From Desulfobacterales bacterium (GTDB taxonomy: Bacteria > Desulfobacterota > Desulfobacteria > Desulfobacterales > JAHEIW01), in NCBI GenBank assembly GCA_050116835.1, contig JASFNW010000006.1, positions 457 to 64,456 on the forward strand: a stretch of 64,000 nucleotides of DNA, in the 5' to 3' direction. Position 1 is the stretch's first letter, and each line of letters starts with the position of its first letter. A model generated the notes under the pieces. The model saw only the letters and a list, made by a program, of their open reading frames with translations, did no database searches and had not been told where the DNA came from. Position numbers and translations under genes: made by a program. Shown one piece after another: positions 1 to 8,159 of the stretch.

Positions 1-39
1 CCGGCTGCTAAAAAGAAAACCACCAGAAAGAAACGGTAG
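1..39 (+). CDS. 3' end of an unidentified CDS entering from the left edge (partial)
   Basis: Frame 1 is open from nt 1 to TAG 37-39 (..PAAKKKTTRKKR*). A strong hairpin terminator follows ~45 nt later. No start or recognisable domain lies in the window. Confidence 0.25.
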   Translation, partial: PAAKKKTTRKKR

Positions 40-82
40 TTTCCATATTGCCTTTTCAGCAAACGGGGAGGCGGCGATCATC

Positions 83-116
83 AAAAAAGAAATCCGCCCT
101 TGGGCGGATTTCTTTT
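83..116. terminator. bidirectional rho-independent terminator
   Basis: Perfect 11-bp stem GAAATCCGCCC (89-99) / GGGCGGATTTC (102-112), flanked by A6 (83-88) and T4 (113-116). It therefore reads as hairpin + U-tract on both strands. It lies between the left-edge CDS (+) and the dodecin gene (-). Confidence 0.8.
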
Positions 117-185
117 CATTTGGATTCGGATAGTGCAACGGGTTTCAAAGGCTTGATAATTTGCAAACCGCACCGAAAAATAGCG

Positions 186-389
186 CTAGGTTGCGAGCAC
201 GAAGGTAACCTTCAAAAGAACTTTATATTCGGATATCTTGCCGTTTTTAATATCCACCTGCTGATCTTTAATCCAAACGCTTTTGACATTCTTTAACGTT
301 TTGTTGGCACGTTTGACCCCGACTTTCAGGGCATCATCAAAGCTTTTTTTCGACGAAGCAGAAATTTCGGTTATTTTAGCTACTGACAT
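186..389 (-). CDS. dodecin-family small flavin-binding protein
   Basis: 67-aa ORF MSVAKITEISASSKKSFDDALKVGVKRANKTLKNVKSVWIKDQQVDIKNGKISEYKVLLKVTFVL. Length and residue pattern match dodecins as I remember them. AGGAGG lies 5 nt upstream of ATG 389. Confidence 0.8.
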   Translation of the reverse strand: MSVAKITEISASSKKSFDDALKVGVKRANKTLKNVKSVWIKDQQVDIKNGKISEYKVLLKVTFVLAT

Positions 390-621
390 GTCATCCTCCT
401 TTCACAGGTGTAATGATATCAAATTAAAAGGTGGGTCCAGGTGTAGGATTGGGCAAAAATTAACACGCCGCAGTGCGATTCGATCATTTGCGACATTAGA
501 AATATGTGCATGGGGAAGTAAAAGTCAATATGTGGGAGATCTTCCCTGAATCTTACAGATCCTAAAAACGATCATCACATCATCGGTTATCAGGCAATAT
601 CTAATTCAAGAGGAATTCATT

Positions 622-1119
622 CTAAGCTTTGATCATTTGATCAACTTCACGCTGAATAAACTGCGTGAGTTCCTGTGCCTGCTCCATAGTCATCACCGGA
701 ATGTCAGCAGACAAATCCTTTACTTTATCTTCGGCGATGCCGATGGTTTTATTGATCATAAACGGATCGACCTCACCGTTGTCTAAAACGTAGCCACAAC
801 CGCCGGCAACCCCCAGAAATTCACCATTAACGAAAATGGGGACAGCAAGTTTCATCAGTCCGGCATCACATTCTGCGATGACCGGCTGTCGGCTGCGCTC
901 AGCCTGGGCAGCTATATTTTGATGCGCAACAGCACAGATATAGTTCTGCCCTTTCTCATCGGCCTTGATAATCGGGCAGAGTTGGTTCGCCCAACGTTTA
1001 AAATCTGTTATGCGTATACCGGCCACGTCAAAAACCGAAGCGTTTAAGCCGGATCGTGCATGAATTTTCTGTTCGAGTTCAAGCCATTTCTCTAAGGGTG
1101 CGATGTCGACAAGTTTCAT
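622..1119 (-). CDS. stand-alone PocR sensory-domain protein
   Basis: 165 aa. The start ATG overlaps the stop of the upstream kinase gene (ATGA at 1116-1119). PocR-like Cys/His pattern is present (..QLCPIIK..YICAVAH..AECDAGLMKLAVPIFVNGEFLGVAGGCG..). Confidence 0.7.
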   Translation of the reverse strand: MKLVDIAPLEKWLELEQKIHARSGLNASVFDVAGIRITDFKRWANQLCPIIKADEKGQNYICAVAHQNIAAQAERSRQPVIAECDAGLMKLAVPIFVNGEFLGVAGGCGYVLDNGEVDPFMINKTIGIAEDKVKDLSADIPVMTMEQAQELTQFIQREVDQMIKA

Positions 1120-3059
1120 TCCTTTTTCTCCTTGGATTTTATCGATTTCGGTGTCATTTTCGGAATCGAAATCTTAAATTTCGATCCGCTCCCGGGTTTT
1201 GTTTCAACGCTTATCTTTCCGCCGTGTTGATCGATGATCTTATCGGCAATGAACAGCCCTAGGCCGGTTCCTTTGTTACCTTTGGAGGAAAAAAAAAGGG
1301 TAAACAAATTATCATACGTCTCCTGATCCATTCCAATTCCATTGTCCTGAATTTCAAATATGACCTGCATGGTATTTTGCCGGACGCGAAAAACAATTTG
1401 ATGTTTTTTGTCCGTTTGATCTTCGAGGCAGGCATCCAGCGCATTATCCAAAATGTTGATCAGCGCCAGGCGCACGACACCGGCATCGATATGCAACGGA
1501 CCGACTGTTTCGTCAAAGTCACGGATAAAGTCGATGCCATTTGTCTTAATTTTGGCTTCAACAGTGGCCGCCACATCCTCGGCAAAGTTTATCCCATCGA
1601 TATGCGACCGTTTGAGCTCTCTTTCCTTGGCAAAGAAAAGGATGTTGTGAACCAGTTTGCGAATACGCTCCACAATCGTTTTAACATCCGCCCACCCTGC
1701 TTGAACACGTTCCGGCTTGTTCTTGGCAAACCCCGACTCTACCAGATAAATACCTCCGTCCAAGCCCGTCAGCAGCCCTTTGATGCCGTGTGTAATGGAG
1801 CTGATCTTCAACCCCAGTGATGATAGATGATCCTGTAGTTTGCGAATCTGGGTGATATTGGTGGACATTTCCATGACGTGGGTGACCTCGCCGCTGGCGT
1901 CGCGCAGAGGGGCTGTCCAGATCAAAACGTTGTAGCGCTCGCCGGATTTGGCCATAACCACCATCTCCGTCTGATGAGATTGACCATCTTCAAAAGTTTT
2001 GAGAACCGGACAGTTTGGGCACGGCTCGTCCCGATGCTTGTAGATCTCATAGCAAAAAGTACCCTGTTCGACGTCAAAATCCTCTTTAAAACGTCGATTT
2101 GCCGCGGTCAGCCGAAATTGGCGATCCTGCACTGAAATGTAGCAGGGCACTTCATCAAAAAGCTGCTGGTAGCGCTGCCGGCTGCGATCCAATTCTTCCT
2201 GCAGGCGCTTGACCTCGGTTATGTCGGCCGATATCTCCACGACCAGCTCGACATCGCCGTGCTGGTTGCGAATCGGTGCGGTGTTGACCATCACCGGCGC
2301 TTTCTCACCGCCTACGGTTTGCACAATTGCCCGGGTCCGGAGTCCTTTGCCGCTGGTATAAGTCTGGCCGGCCGGACAGTTTTCCCGGGTACCGGTCTTT
2401 CCGGTATAGATCTCCCAGCTCTTGCATCCAACCTTGTCACCCAGACGGTTCCGATACAATGGATTGACGGCCACTACTTCCAATGCCGGGCTGTGAATGG
2501 AGACATAGCAGGGCATTTCGTTAAAATAGGTCAGACCGCCTTCCAGATTTAAAGCCATTTCCCGCATGGCGGAAGATAACCCTTCTACAGCCTGACCGAC
2601 GGCAACCTGCCGTTCGATTTCGACCAGTTTAGCGGATTTTTCGCGCACCAGAGATTCAAGATTCTCAGTATATTCCCGCAACTGCTGTCGCATGCGGATT
2701 TTTTCATGTGCCCGATTTAAAGCAATTTCCAATACATCGTCGTTGATTGGCTTGGTGACGAAATCGATGGCTTGATACTTGAGGCTTTTAATGGCCAGAT
2801 CCATGTCTCCGTGGCCGGTGATCATAATTACTTCGGTGTCCGGATTTTCCTGCTTGAGGGTGCGCAACAGCTCGATCCCATCCATGCCGGGCATTTTGAT
2901 GTCGGTGAGCACAATCGGCGGGTTTTCCTGGCGGAAGATGCCGAGGGCCTCTTCCCCGTTTTGGGCGGTAAAAACCGTATAGCCGCTGTCGGTTAAGGCA
3001 ATACTGAGAACCTTGCGGATGCCTTCTTCGTCATCGACGATTAATAACTTCTTGTCCAT
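1116..3059 (-). CDS. hybrid receiver-PAS-PAS histidine kinase
   Basis: 647 aa. N-terminal receiver (LIVDDEEGIRK..LTDIKMPGMDG..FVTKP). Two PAS-like modules follow, each with a Cys cluster, then an H-box-like region (SSITHGIKGLLTG) and HATPase_c (NILDNALDA, DNGIGM, GTGLGL). The N-terminal ~140 aa are closely paralogous to ORF 11805-12947. Confidence 0.85.
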   Translation of the reverse strand: MDKKLLIVDDEEGIRKVLSIALTDSGYTVFTAQNGEEALGIFRQENPPIVLTDIKMPGMDGIELLRTLKQENPDTEVIMITGHGDMDLAIKSLKYQAIDFVTKPINDDVLEIALNRAHEKIRMRQQLREYTENLESLVREKSAKLVEIERQVAVGQAVEGLSSAMREMALNLEGGLTYFNEMPCYVSIHSPALEVVAVNPLYRNRLGDKVGCKSWEIYTGKTGTRENCPAGQTYTSGKGLRTRAIVQTVGGEKAPVMVNTAPIRNQHGDVELVVEISADITEVKRLQEELDRSRQRYQQLFDEVPCYISVQDRQFRLTAANRRFKEDFDVEQGTFCYEIYKHRDEPCPNCPVLKTFEDGQSHQTEMVVMAKSGERYNVLIWTAPLRDASGEVTHVMEMSTNITQIRKLQDHLSSLGLKISSITHGIKGLLTGLDGGIYLVESGFAKNKPERVQAGWADVKTIVERIRKLVHNILFFAKERELKRSHIDGINFAEDVAATVEAKIKTNGIDFIRDFDETVGPLHIDAGVVRLALINILDNALDACLEDQTDKKHQIVFRVRQNTMQVIFEIQDNGIGMDQETYDNLFTLFFSSKGNKGTGLGLFIADKIIDQHGGKISVETKPGSGSKFKISIPKMTPKSIKSKEKKE

Positions 3060-3066
3060 GTCGCTC

Positions 3067-3164
3067 GGGTTGTCGGGTTGGCCGGTGGAGCCGGTTAAAA
3101 CAGAAAAAGGAACTGACTCGATTTTTCATACCGCCCAACGGGTTAACGGGCAACGGGCTAAACC
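3067..3164. repeat. AACGGGC-type intergenic palindromic element (copy 1)
   Basis: Right arm CAACGGGTTAACGGGCAACGGGCTAAACC (3136-3164). Partially complementary left arm GGGTTGTCGGGTTGGCCGGTGGAGCCGGTTAAAAC (3067-3101). Same motif as 5542-5648 and 38626-38656. Confidence 0.6.
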
Positions 3165-3196
3165 GATGCGCGTTGGATGCATTGTTGCGATCGGTA

Positions 3197-3547
3197 CTAG
3201 CCGATGGTATTTTTTACGATCCCCACCAGTTTTTCCGGATCGAAGGGCTTTTTCACAAAAGCAACGGCGTCCTTGACCGCATGGTCGCCGTCGATCCCGC
3301 TGACCACTATCACCGGCGTGTTCTTCAATTCTTTGTCCTTCCGAAGCTTGCGGTAAAAGCGGGGGCCCCATTCGCCGGGCATTTGCAAATCCAGACAGAT
3401 CAGATCCGGTTTTTCCGACCTGACGACCTCCAGCCCCTCCATGCTGCTCGAGGCGCTGCAAGTGGCATATCCGTTATCGCTAAACACTGCCTGTAGATAC
3501 CTGACGATAGCCGGGTCATCGTCGATAATTAAAATCTTTTTCGGCAT
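3197..3547 (-). CDS. single-domain response regulator (CheY-like)
   Basis: 116 aa: KILIIDDDPAIVRYL..DLICLDLQMPGEWG..VKKPF. A receiver domain only. Confidence 0.85.
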   Translation of the reverse strand: MPKKILIIDDDPAIVRYLQAVFSDNGYATCSASSSMEGLEVVRSEKPDLICLDLQMPGEWGPRFYRKLRKDKELKNTPVIVVSGIDGDHAVKDAVAFVKKPFDPEKLVGIVKNTIG

Positions 3548-3685
3548 GGTTCACCCCTTTGGTAGAATTGAGCGTCAGGCGCTCAATTTTGAGTTAATGG
3601 TTATGGGTTATCAGAATTGGATGATGATTTTCGATCCTATTTTTTGCGGACATTTTACCAATACCGAATAACAAATAACGGACAA

Positions 3686-4069
3686 CTAATTCCGCACATG
3701 ACAGGTACCGCACATGACCGGGCCTTTCTTTCGTGCAAGGTGACAGCCTTTGCAATTGACATGGAATGCCCTTCGCAAGCCGGGCATATCGCCTGAACCC
3801 TTCTCGGCATGGCAATCGGAACAGCTTTCATCTTCCGAGGACTCATCTTCTAATTTTTGACCGTCCTCGTAAACATGGTGACATTCGTTGCATTCTTCCA
3901 ACGCCGCGTTCTCGTTGTGTTCCTCGTGCCGGAAAACGGCCGAGGGTCGTTGCTTTTTTGAAAAGCCTGCGTCGTCTATAACCTCCATATCTTCCTGTGA
4001 AAATGCCGGCACCAGAATCACGCCAACAAGTAGGAGCGCCAACGGCAGAAATACTCCTTTTTTCATCAT
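3686..4069 (-). CDS. tmcA: periplasmic tetrahaem cytochrome c3 family protein (TmcA-like)
   Basis: 127 aa with an N-terminal signal peptide (MMKKGVFLPLALLLVGVILVPAFS). Four CxxCH haem-c motifs (CNECH, CSDCH, CKGCH, CGTCH). Its context, next to HdrD-like, cytochrome-b and Trp-rich genes, matches the Tmc complex. Confidence 0.7.
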   Translation of the reverse strand: MMKKGVFLPLALLLVGVILVPAFSQEDMEVIDDAGFSKKQRPSAVFRHEEHNENAALEECNECHHVYEDGQKLEDESSEDESCSDCHAEKGSGDMPGLRRAFHVNCKGCHLARKKGPVMCGTCHVRN

Positions 4070-4169
4070 GCTAACTCCTTCTAATTTTCAGGTTCACAGG
4101 TTTCGCGCTCAGAATTCTGCGTTCAGGGTCAACTCAACCTGAAGCTCAGGACCTTTGAACCCTGAATGG

Positions 4170-5510
4170 TTAAAGCGGTTTATCGATCACTTCATATAAA
4201 ATATCACTGATAAATTTAATCTCATAGCCGAGTCCATAGTGATGATTGATATCCTCAAGGCCGCTGTGGCAATTGTGGCAGGGCGCGATGAGTATTTTGG
4301 CACCCTTGGACTTGGCTGCAAATAGCTGCTCGGCTTTGATGCGATTGCCCTGCACGCGCGTCATCTTATACGGCGGCCCGCAATTGATCACTCCGCCGCC
4401 GGCGCAGCAGCAGTAATTGTGCTCGCGATTGGGATGCATCTCGATCAGCTCTTCGCAGATGGCGTTGATCACAAAGCGGGCTTTATCCGCCAAACCGCCG
4501 CCGCGAACAACATTGCACGGATCATGCAAGGTAACGGGCTCCTTGAATTTCTGGCTGATGGTGATCTTTTTATCTTTGATCAATTCGTAATAGAAATCAA
4601 TGGCATGAACAATGGGAATGGGCGGCATGCGCCAGCCCAACCAGCGGTTGCCCACATCATACACCGAACGAAAGGCATGGCCGCATTCGCCCATTACAAT
4701 CCGGTTGACCCGCAGCCGCGCAGCGGTATCAAAATGGGCCCGCTTGACGCGCCCCATGACCTCATTATCACCGGTGAACATGGCCATGTCGCTGTTGTCC
4801 CAACCGGGCGTGGCCGGCATGGTCCAGTCGACGCCGGCCACATCCATAATCACCGCCGCCTGGTAGAGTAGCTGGGCCTGAAATTTGGGTTCGGGCCCGA
4901 TGACCGAATACATGATGTCGGCCCCTTCTTTCTCCAGCGGAATCCGCAGGGTCGGTATTTCAGCCTGGGCCTCCTCCTCCTGCCACTGCAGGGTGTCAAT
5001 CCATTCATCATCTTTTACCCACATCTGGTTCATGGTCACCGAATGACTGTGGGCTGTATCCTGAATGTAGAGCGGGGTAACGCCCAGCAGATGACAGATG
5101 CGCCTGACGGTCAGCATCAGGTAGGCGATGTCGATGCCGAACGGACAATACTGGGCACAGCGCTTGCACAAATTGCACTGGGTTGACGCAATTTCGGATG
5201 CCTCTTTGATGAAATCGGCGCTCACTTTTCCTTTGGCCTTTATCATTTTCCACAGGGTTTGCTTCACCTTGCCCACCGGCGAATACCTGGGATCATTGTC
5301 ATGCGACAGGTAATAGTGGCAGGCTTCAGAGCACAGGCCGCAGTGGACGCAGGTTTCGACATAAGCCTTTAGCCGGGCGCCGGATTCGCCTTTTAAGACA
5401 CGGTTGATGACTTTTTGGATTCGCTCCTCGGTCAGATTTTGGGCACCGACTTCCAGGCCTTCGTCGATTACCTTCTTTTCTTCCTTTTTCTCTTGTGCTG
5501 CTTCAGCCAT
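4170..5510 (-). CDS. tmcB: HdrD/DsrK-like iron-sulfur protein with CCG domains (TmcB-like)
   Basis: Two 4Fe-4S ferredoxin motifs (CVHCGLCSEAC, CNLCKRCAQYCP) and CCG-type Cys-rich regions (PCNVVRGGG, NYCCCAGGG, APCHNCHSG). I moved the start to ATG 5510 (MAEAAQEKK, GGAGGG RBS upstream). The longer track ORF (to 5594) runs through an intergenic repeat. Confidence 0.75.
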   Translation of the reverse strand: MAEAAQEKKEEKKVIDEGLEVGAQNLTEERIQKVINRVLKGESGARLKAYVETCVHCGLCSEACHYYLSHDNDPRYSPVGKVKQTLWKMIKAKGKVSADFIKEASEIASTQCNLCKRCAQYCPFGIDIAYLMLTVRRICHLLGVTPLYIQDTAHSHSVTMNQMWVKDDEWIDTLQWQEEEAQAEIPTLRIPLEKEGADIMYSVIGPEPKFQAQLLYQAAVIMDVAGVDWTMPATPGWDNSDMAMFTGDNEVMGRVKRAHFDTAARLRVNRIVMGECGHAFRSVYDVGNRWLGWRMPPIPIVHAIDFYYELIKDKKITISQKFKEPVTLHDPCNVVRGGGLADKARFVINAICEELIEMHPNREHNYCCCAGGGVINCGPPYKMTRVQGNRIKAEQLFAAKSKGAKILIAPCHNCHSGLEDINHHYGLGYEIKFISDILYEVIDKPL

Positions 5511-5541
5511 TCTCGCCCTCCTTGGAGACGCTTGTATATTT

Positions 5542-5648
5542 GGGTTTGCCGGTTGCGCCGGTTTAGCCCGTTGAGCCGGTAAATTCGCGAACATTCCAAT
5601 GCACGCTTTTTTTCGGGTTAAACGGCTTAACGGGCAACGGGCTCAACC
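5542..5648. repeat. AACGGGC-type intergenic palindromic element (copy 2, both arms)
   Basis: Left arm GGGTTTGCCGGTTGCGCCGGTTTAGCCCGTTGAGCCGGTAAA (5542-5583). Right arm GGGTTAAACGGCTTAACGGGCAACGGGCTCAACC (5615-5648). GGTTTAGCCCGTTG pairs with CAACGGGCTCAACC at 13 of 14 positions. Confidence 0.65.
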
Positions 5649-5692
5649 TATATATTAGATGCTATATTAGATGCATTTTAAAGACAGTTTTT

Positions 5693-6352
5693 TTACCAGT
5701 CACGGGCATGCCTGACCCCCCCGAACTCCGACCCCATGTAGGCCCGGGTCAACGGTGCAAACAGCATGTGGCTCAAACGGGTAAACGGAATGGCCACCAG
5801 CATGACTTCTCCTGAAAGAATATGCACAATCACAAGGGTTTGATACCCGAACCACTGGTAATACACCAAAAATCCCGTGACAAACGGTGCGGCCACGATT
5901 GCCAGAAGAATGTAGTCCGACGCCGAGGTCACATACTGAACTTCCGGACTGACCAGGCGCCGCACCAGAAAAAACCCACAGGCAAAAATGACGATTAGCG
6001 TCATCAGCTGCGCCCAACCGTCGGGCAGCGTCCACCAGCTGAGGTTCCAGGATTCTTCGACCAGGGTCACATGAGCCAGCAGAAAAAGCGGTGTCAGGAT
6101 CAGGCAAATGTGAAATGCAAAGGCCACGATTGTCAGCGCCGGATGCTTTCTCATATTTACAGTGGCAAAGGGTGTGCTCCAGCGAAAAATGGAGCGCAGG
6201 CTGTATTTCAGGCTCATATACGAGTAAATGAATTTTTCTTTGCGATGAACCATTACCATCAGGCTGATCAGCCGGTACAGGCAGCCGCCGATAAAAATGA
6301 TAAATGCCAGCCAGGCCAGCGGACCACTCACAAAAGTGTATAGATCGTGCAT
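5693..6352 (-). CDS. tmcC: integral-membrane cytochrome b (NarI/HdrE/HmcE-like; TmcC-like)
   Basis: 219 aa, multiple hydrophobic helices with conserved His residues. AAGGGGGG RBS upstream of ATG 6352. Sits between the tmcD-like and tmcB-like genes. Confidence 0.65.
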   Translation of the reverse strand: MHDLYTFVSGPLAWLAFIIFIGGCLYRLISLMVMVHRKEKFIYSYMSLKYSLRSIFRWSTPFATVNMRKHPALTIVAFAFHICLILTPLFLLAHVTLVEESWNLSWWTLPDGWAQLMTLIVIFACGFFLVRRLVSPEVQYVTSASDYILLAIVAAPFVTGFLVYYQWFGYQTLVIVHILSGEVMLVAIPFTRLSHMLFAPLTRAYMGSEFGGVRHARDW

Positions 6353-6366
6353 GAAACACCCCCCTT

Positions 6367-7674
6367 TTAGCGTGAAATCTCTTCGACAGGTACAACGTGG
6401 CGTACGTAGCGACCGTTATTGAGTGTGCGCAGCAGAATCTTATCGCCTTCGGGACTGAACGCGGGATCCCAGATCGCATCAAAGTTCTGATCCCAGATGC
6501 GATCATTTACCGCAATGCTGTATCGGCCGTTTCTTTCAATTTTGGCAGCAAGCATATTACCGTCAGGGCTGAAGATGGGCGGCCAGACTCTGTCAAAGCT
6601 GTTTTGCCACACGTCGCCGTCTGCAACAATAAACCAGCGCCCGTCACTTTTGGCCGCCGCCGCAACGCGTTTGCCGTCCGGGCTGAAGACGGCATCCGTG
6701 AGCAGGTCTTTGAAGGTGACCGGCCAGGGGCGCCCGTTGACGGCAACCGTCCATCGGCCGTATTTGGGCGCCACGATTGCCGCCAGCGTTCGGCCGTCGG
6801 AGCTGACCATCGGACGCCAGAGCTGCACAAATTTGCGATCCCAGACGATCTGTCCATCCTGGGCCAGCAACCACTTGCCGCCGGTTCTGACGGGTGCGAT
6901 AACGGCATTGTTTCCAGGATTAAAGATGGGCTCCCAGACACAATCAAATGTTTGCGGCCAGGGAGTACCATCGACGGCTATCGTGTATTCGTAAAGATTC
7001 AGACGAACCTCAGCTGCCAGTTTTTCACCATCTGCACTCATGGCCGTTTTCCAGACATTGACAAAGGTTGTATCCCAGGGTTGTCCGTCTGCAGCCGCGG
7101 TAAAAGCACCCTCTTGAAATTTATGAATTTCGCCTTCGCCAAATTCGACCACCTGCACGGCAGCGGCTGTGCGGGAGCCGTCGGGGCTGAGCGTGGGGTT
7201 GGTCATGTTGGGAAATGTTTTTTCCCAGACGGCATCGTTTAAGGCCATGCCGTAGGTCATATCCTGCTGGACGGCGACGGCAATGTTTTGCCCGTCCGGG
7301 CTGAACTGCATGTCCCACGCATAGCCGAATCGATGCTCCCAGGGCCTGCCGTCCACCGCCACGGTCCATTCGCCCGTTTCGGACACGAAAGCGACCGCGC
7401 GGCCGTCGGGTGTAAACCGCAGGTGCCAGATTTTATCAAAGACCGTCTCCCACGGCTTTCCGTTCACACAGACGTTAAACTCGCCTTCGGCCAGGTTGAC
7501 GATGGCAGCCAGCTGTTCACCGTTCGGACTGACGTAGGGCTCCTCCACCCAGTTGTAGTTTTCATGCCACTGGCGGATATCGGCTATTTCTTTGCTGCCT
7601 GGTTCCCAATCCCATTCAATTCGTGTCAGCATTTGTTCAACTCCCGTTTGCTTGGTTTGGCTTTCATTCGCCAC
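6367..7674 (-). CDS. tmcD: tryptophan-rich repeat protein (TmcD-like)
   Basis: 435 aa, no signal peptide. About ten tandem ~45-aa repeats of the form FSPDG..A....G.W.V.VDG.PW...FD.VW.P. The track start at 7674 is GTG. ATG 7632 (MLTRIEWDW), with GGGAG 8 nt upstream, is an alternative start. Confidence 0.65.
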   Translation of the reverse strand: MANESQTKQTGVEQMLTRIEWDWEPGSKEIADIRQWHENYNWVEEPYVSPNGEQLAAIVNLAEGEFNVCVNGKPWETVFDKIWHLRFTPDGRAVAFVSETGEWTVAVDGRPWEHRFGYAWDMQFSPDGQNIAVAVQQDMTYGMALNDAVWEKTFPNMTNPTLSPDGSRTAAAVQVVEFGEGEIHKFQEGAFTAAADGQPWDTTFVNVWKTAMSADGEKLAAEVRLNLYEYTIAVDGTPWPQTFDCVWEPIFNPGNNAVIAPVRTGGKWLLAQDGQIVWDRKFVQLWRPMVSSDGRTLAAIVAPKYGRWTVAVNGRPWPVTFKDLLTDAVFSPDGKRVAAAAKSDGRWFIVADGDVWQNSFDRVWPPIFSPDGNMLAAKIERNGRYSIAVNDRIWDQNFDAIWDPAFSPEGDKILLRTLNNGRYVRHVVPVEEISR

Positions 7675-7720
7675 CCGGTTTCATGTCTTTTCTGCCGCTG
7701 CCGTTTTTAAGTCCACGCTG

Positions 7721-8116
7721 TTAACCAATCAAAGCGGTCGTGACTTTGAGAAGCTGCTCTGCTTCGGGCGGCTTTTCGATATAAGCGTCCGGATCCGGAA
7801 CGGGATCCTTGAGTCGCGCGTTGACCATATTCAGATAGTGCGCAAAGGTCTTTTGTGTAACGGCAGACAGCATGATGACCGGAATTTGACACAGGGTCTC
7901 ATCGGTTTTCAGCTGCCGATACATCTGAACCCCGCCTTCGCCGGGCATCATGACATCTAAAATGATCAGATCCGGGCAGACCGATCTGGCTTTGAGCATG
8001 CCTTCATTTCCATCACGGGTCATCACCGGCTGGTATCCGCTGGTTTCAAGCAGAGTGGATATGAATATCCGCATATCCAATTCATCTTCTACGATCAAAA
8101 CCGTTTTCTTTTTCAT
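7721..8116 (-). CDS. single-domain response regulator
   Basis: MKKKTVLIVEDELDMRIF..DLIILDVMMPGEGG..IEKP. Receiver only, and a paralogue of ORF 15246-15659. The track ORF starts at TTG 8128; ATG 8116 is preferred. Confidence 0.8.
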   Translation of the reverse strand: MKKKTVLIVEDELDMRIFISTLLETSGYQPVMTRDGNEGMLKARSVCPDLIILDVMMPGEGGVQMYRQLKTDETLCQIPVIMLSAVTQKTFAHYLNMVNARLKDPVPDPDAYIEKPPEAEQLLKVTTALIG

Positions 8117-8159
8117 TGAAGAACCCAACCCTCACAGATGCCGTTGCGGGCATCGACGT

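Noticed and set aside
5700-6506. 268-aa minus-strand ORF overlapping tmcC in another frame and running into tmcD.
   Set aside because: The alternative frame (5693-6352) gives a clean polytopic membrane protein with an RBS. This frame gives an Arg/Ser/Gly-rich product spanning a gene boundary.
6397-7242. Long plus-strand ORFs (281 aa here; also 6497-6994, 7288-7710, 13454-14602, 57659-58333, 58761-59582, 60202-60864, 61384-62172 and others) lying antisense to strongly supported minus-strand genes.
   Set aside because: They lie entirely inside genes with clear domain content on the other strand. Their composition is Arg/Gly/Pro/His-rich and low-complexity, and they have no RBS or recognisable motifs. 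These are typical shadow ORFs.
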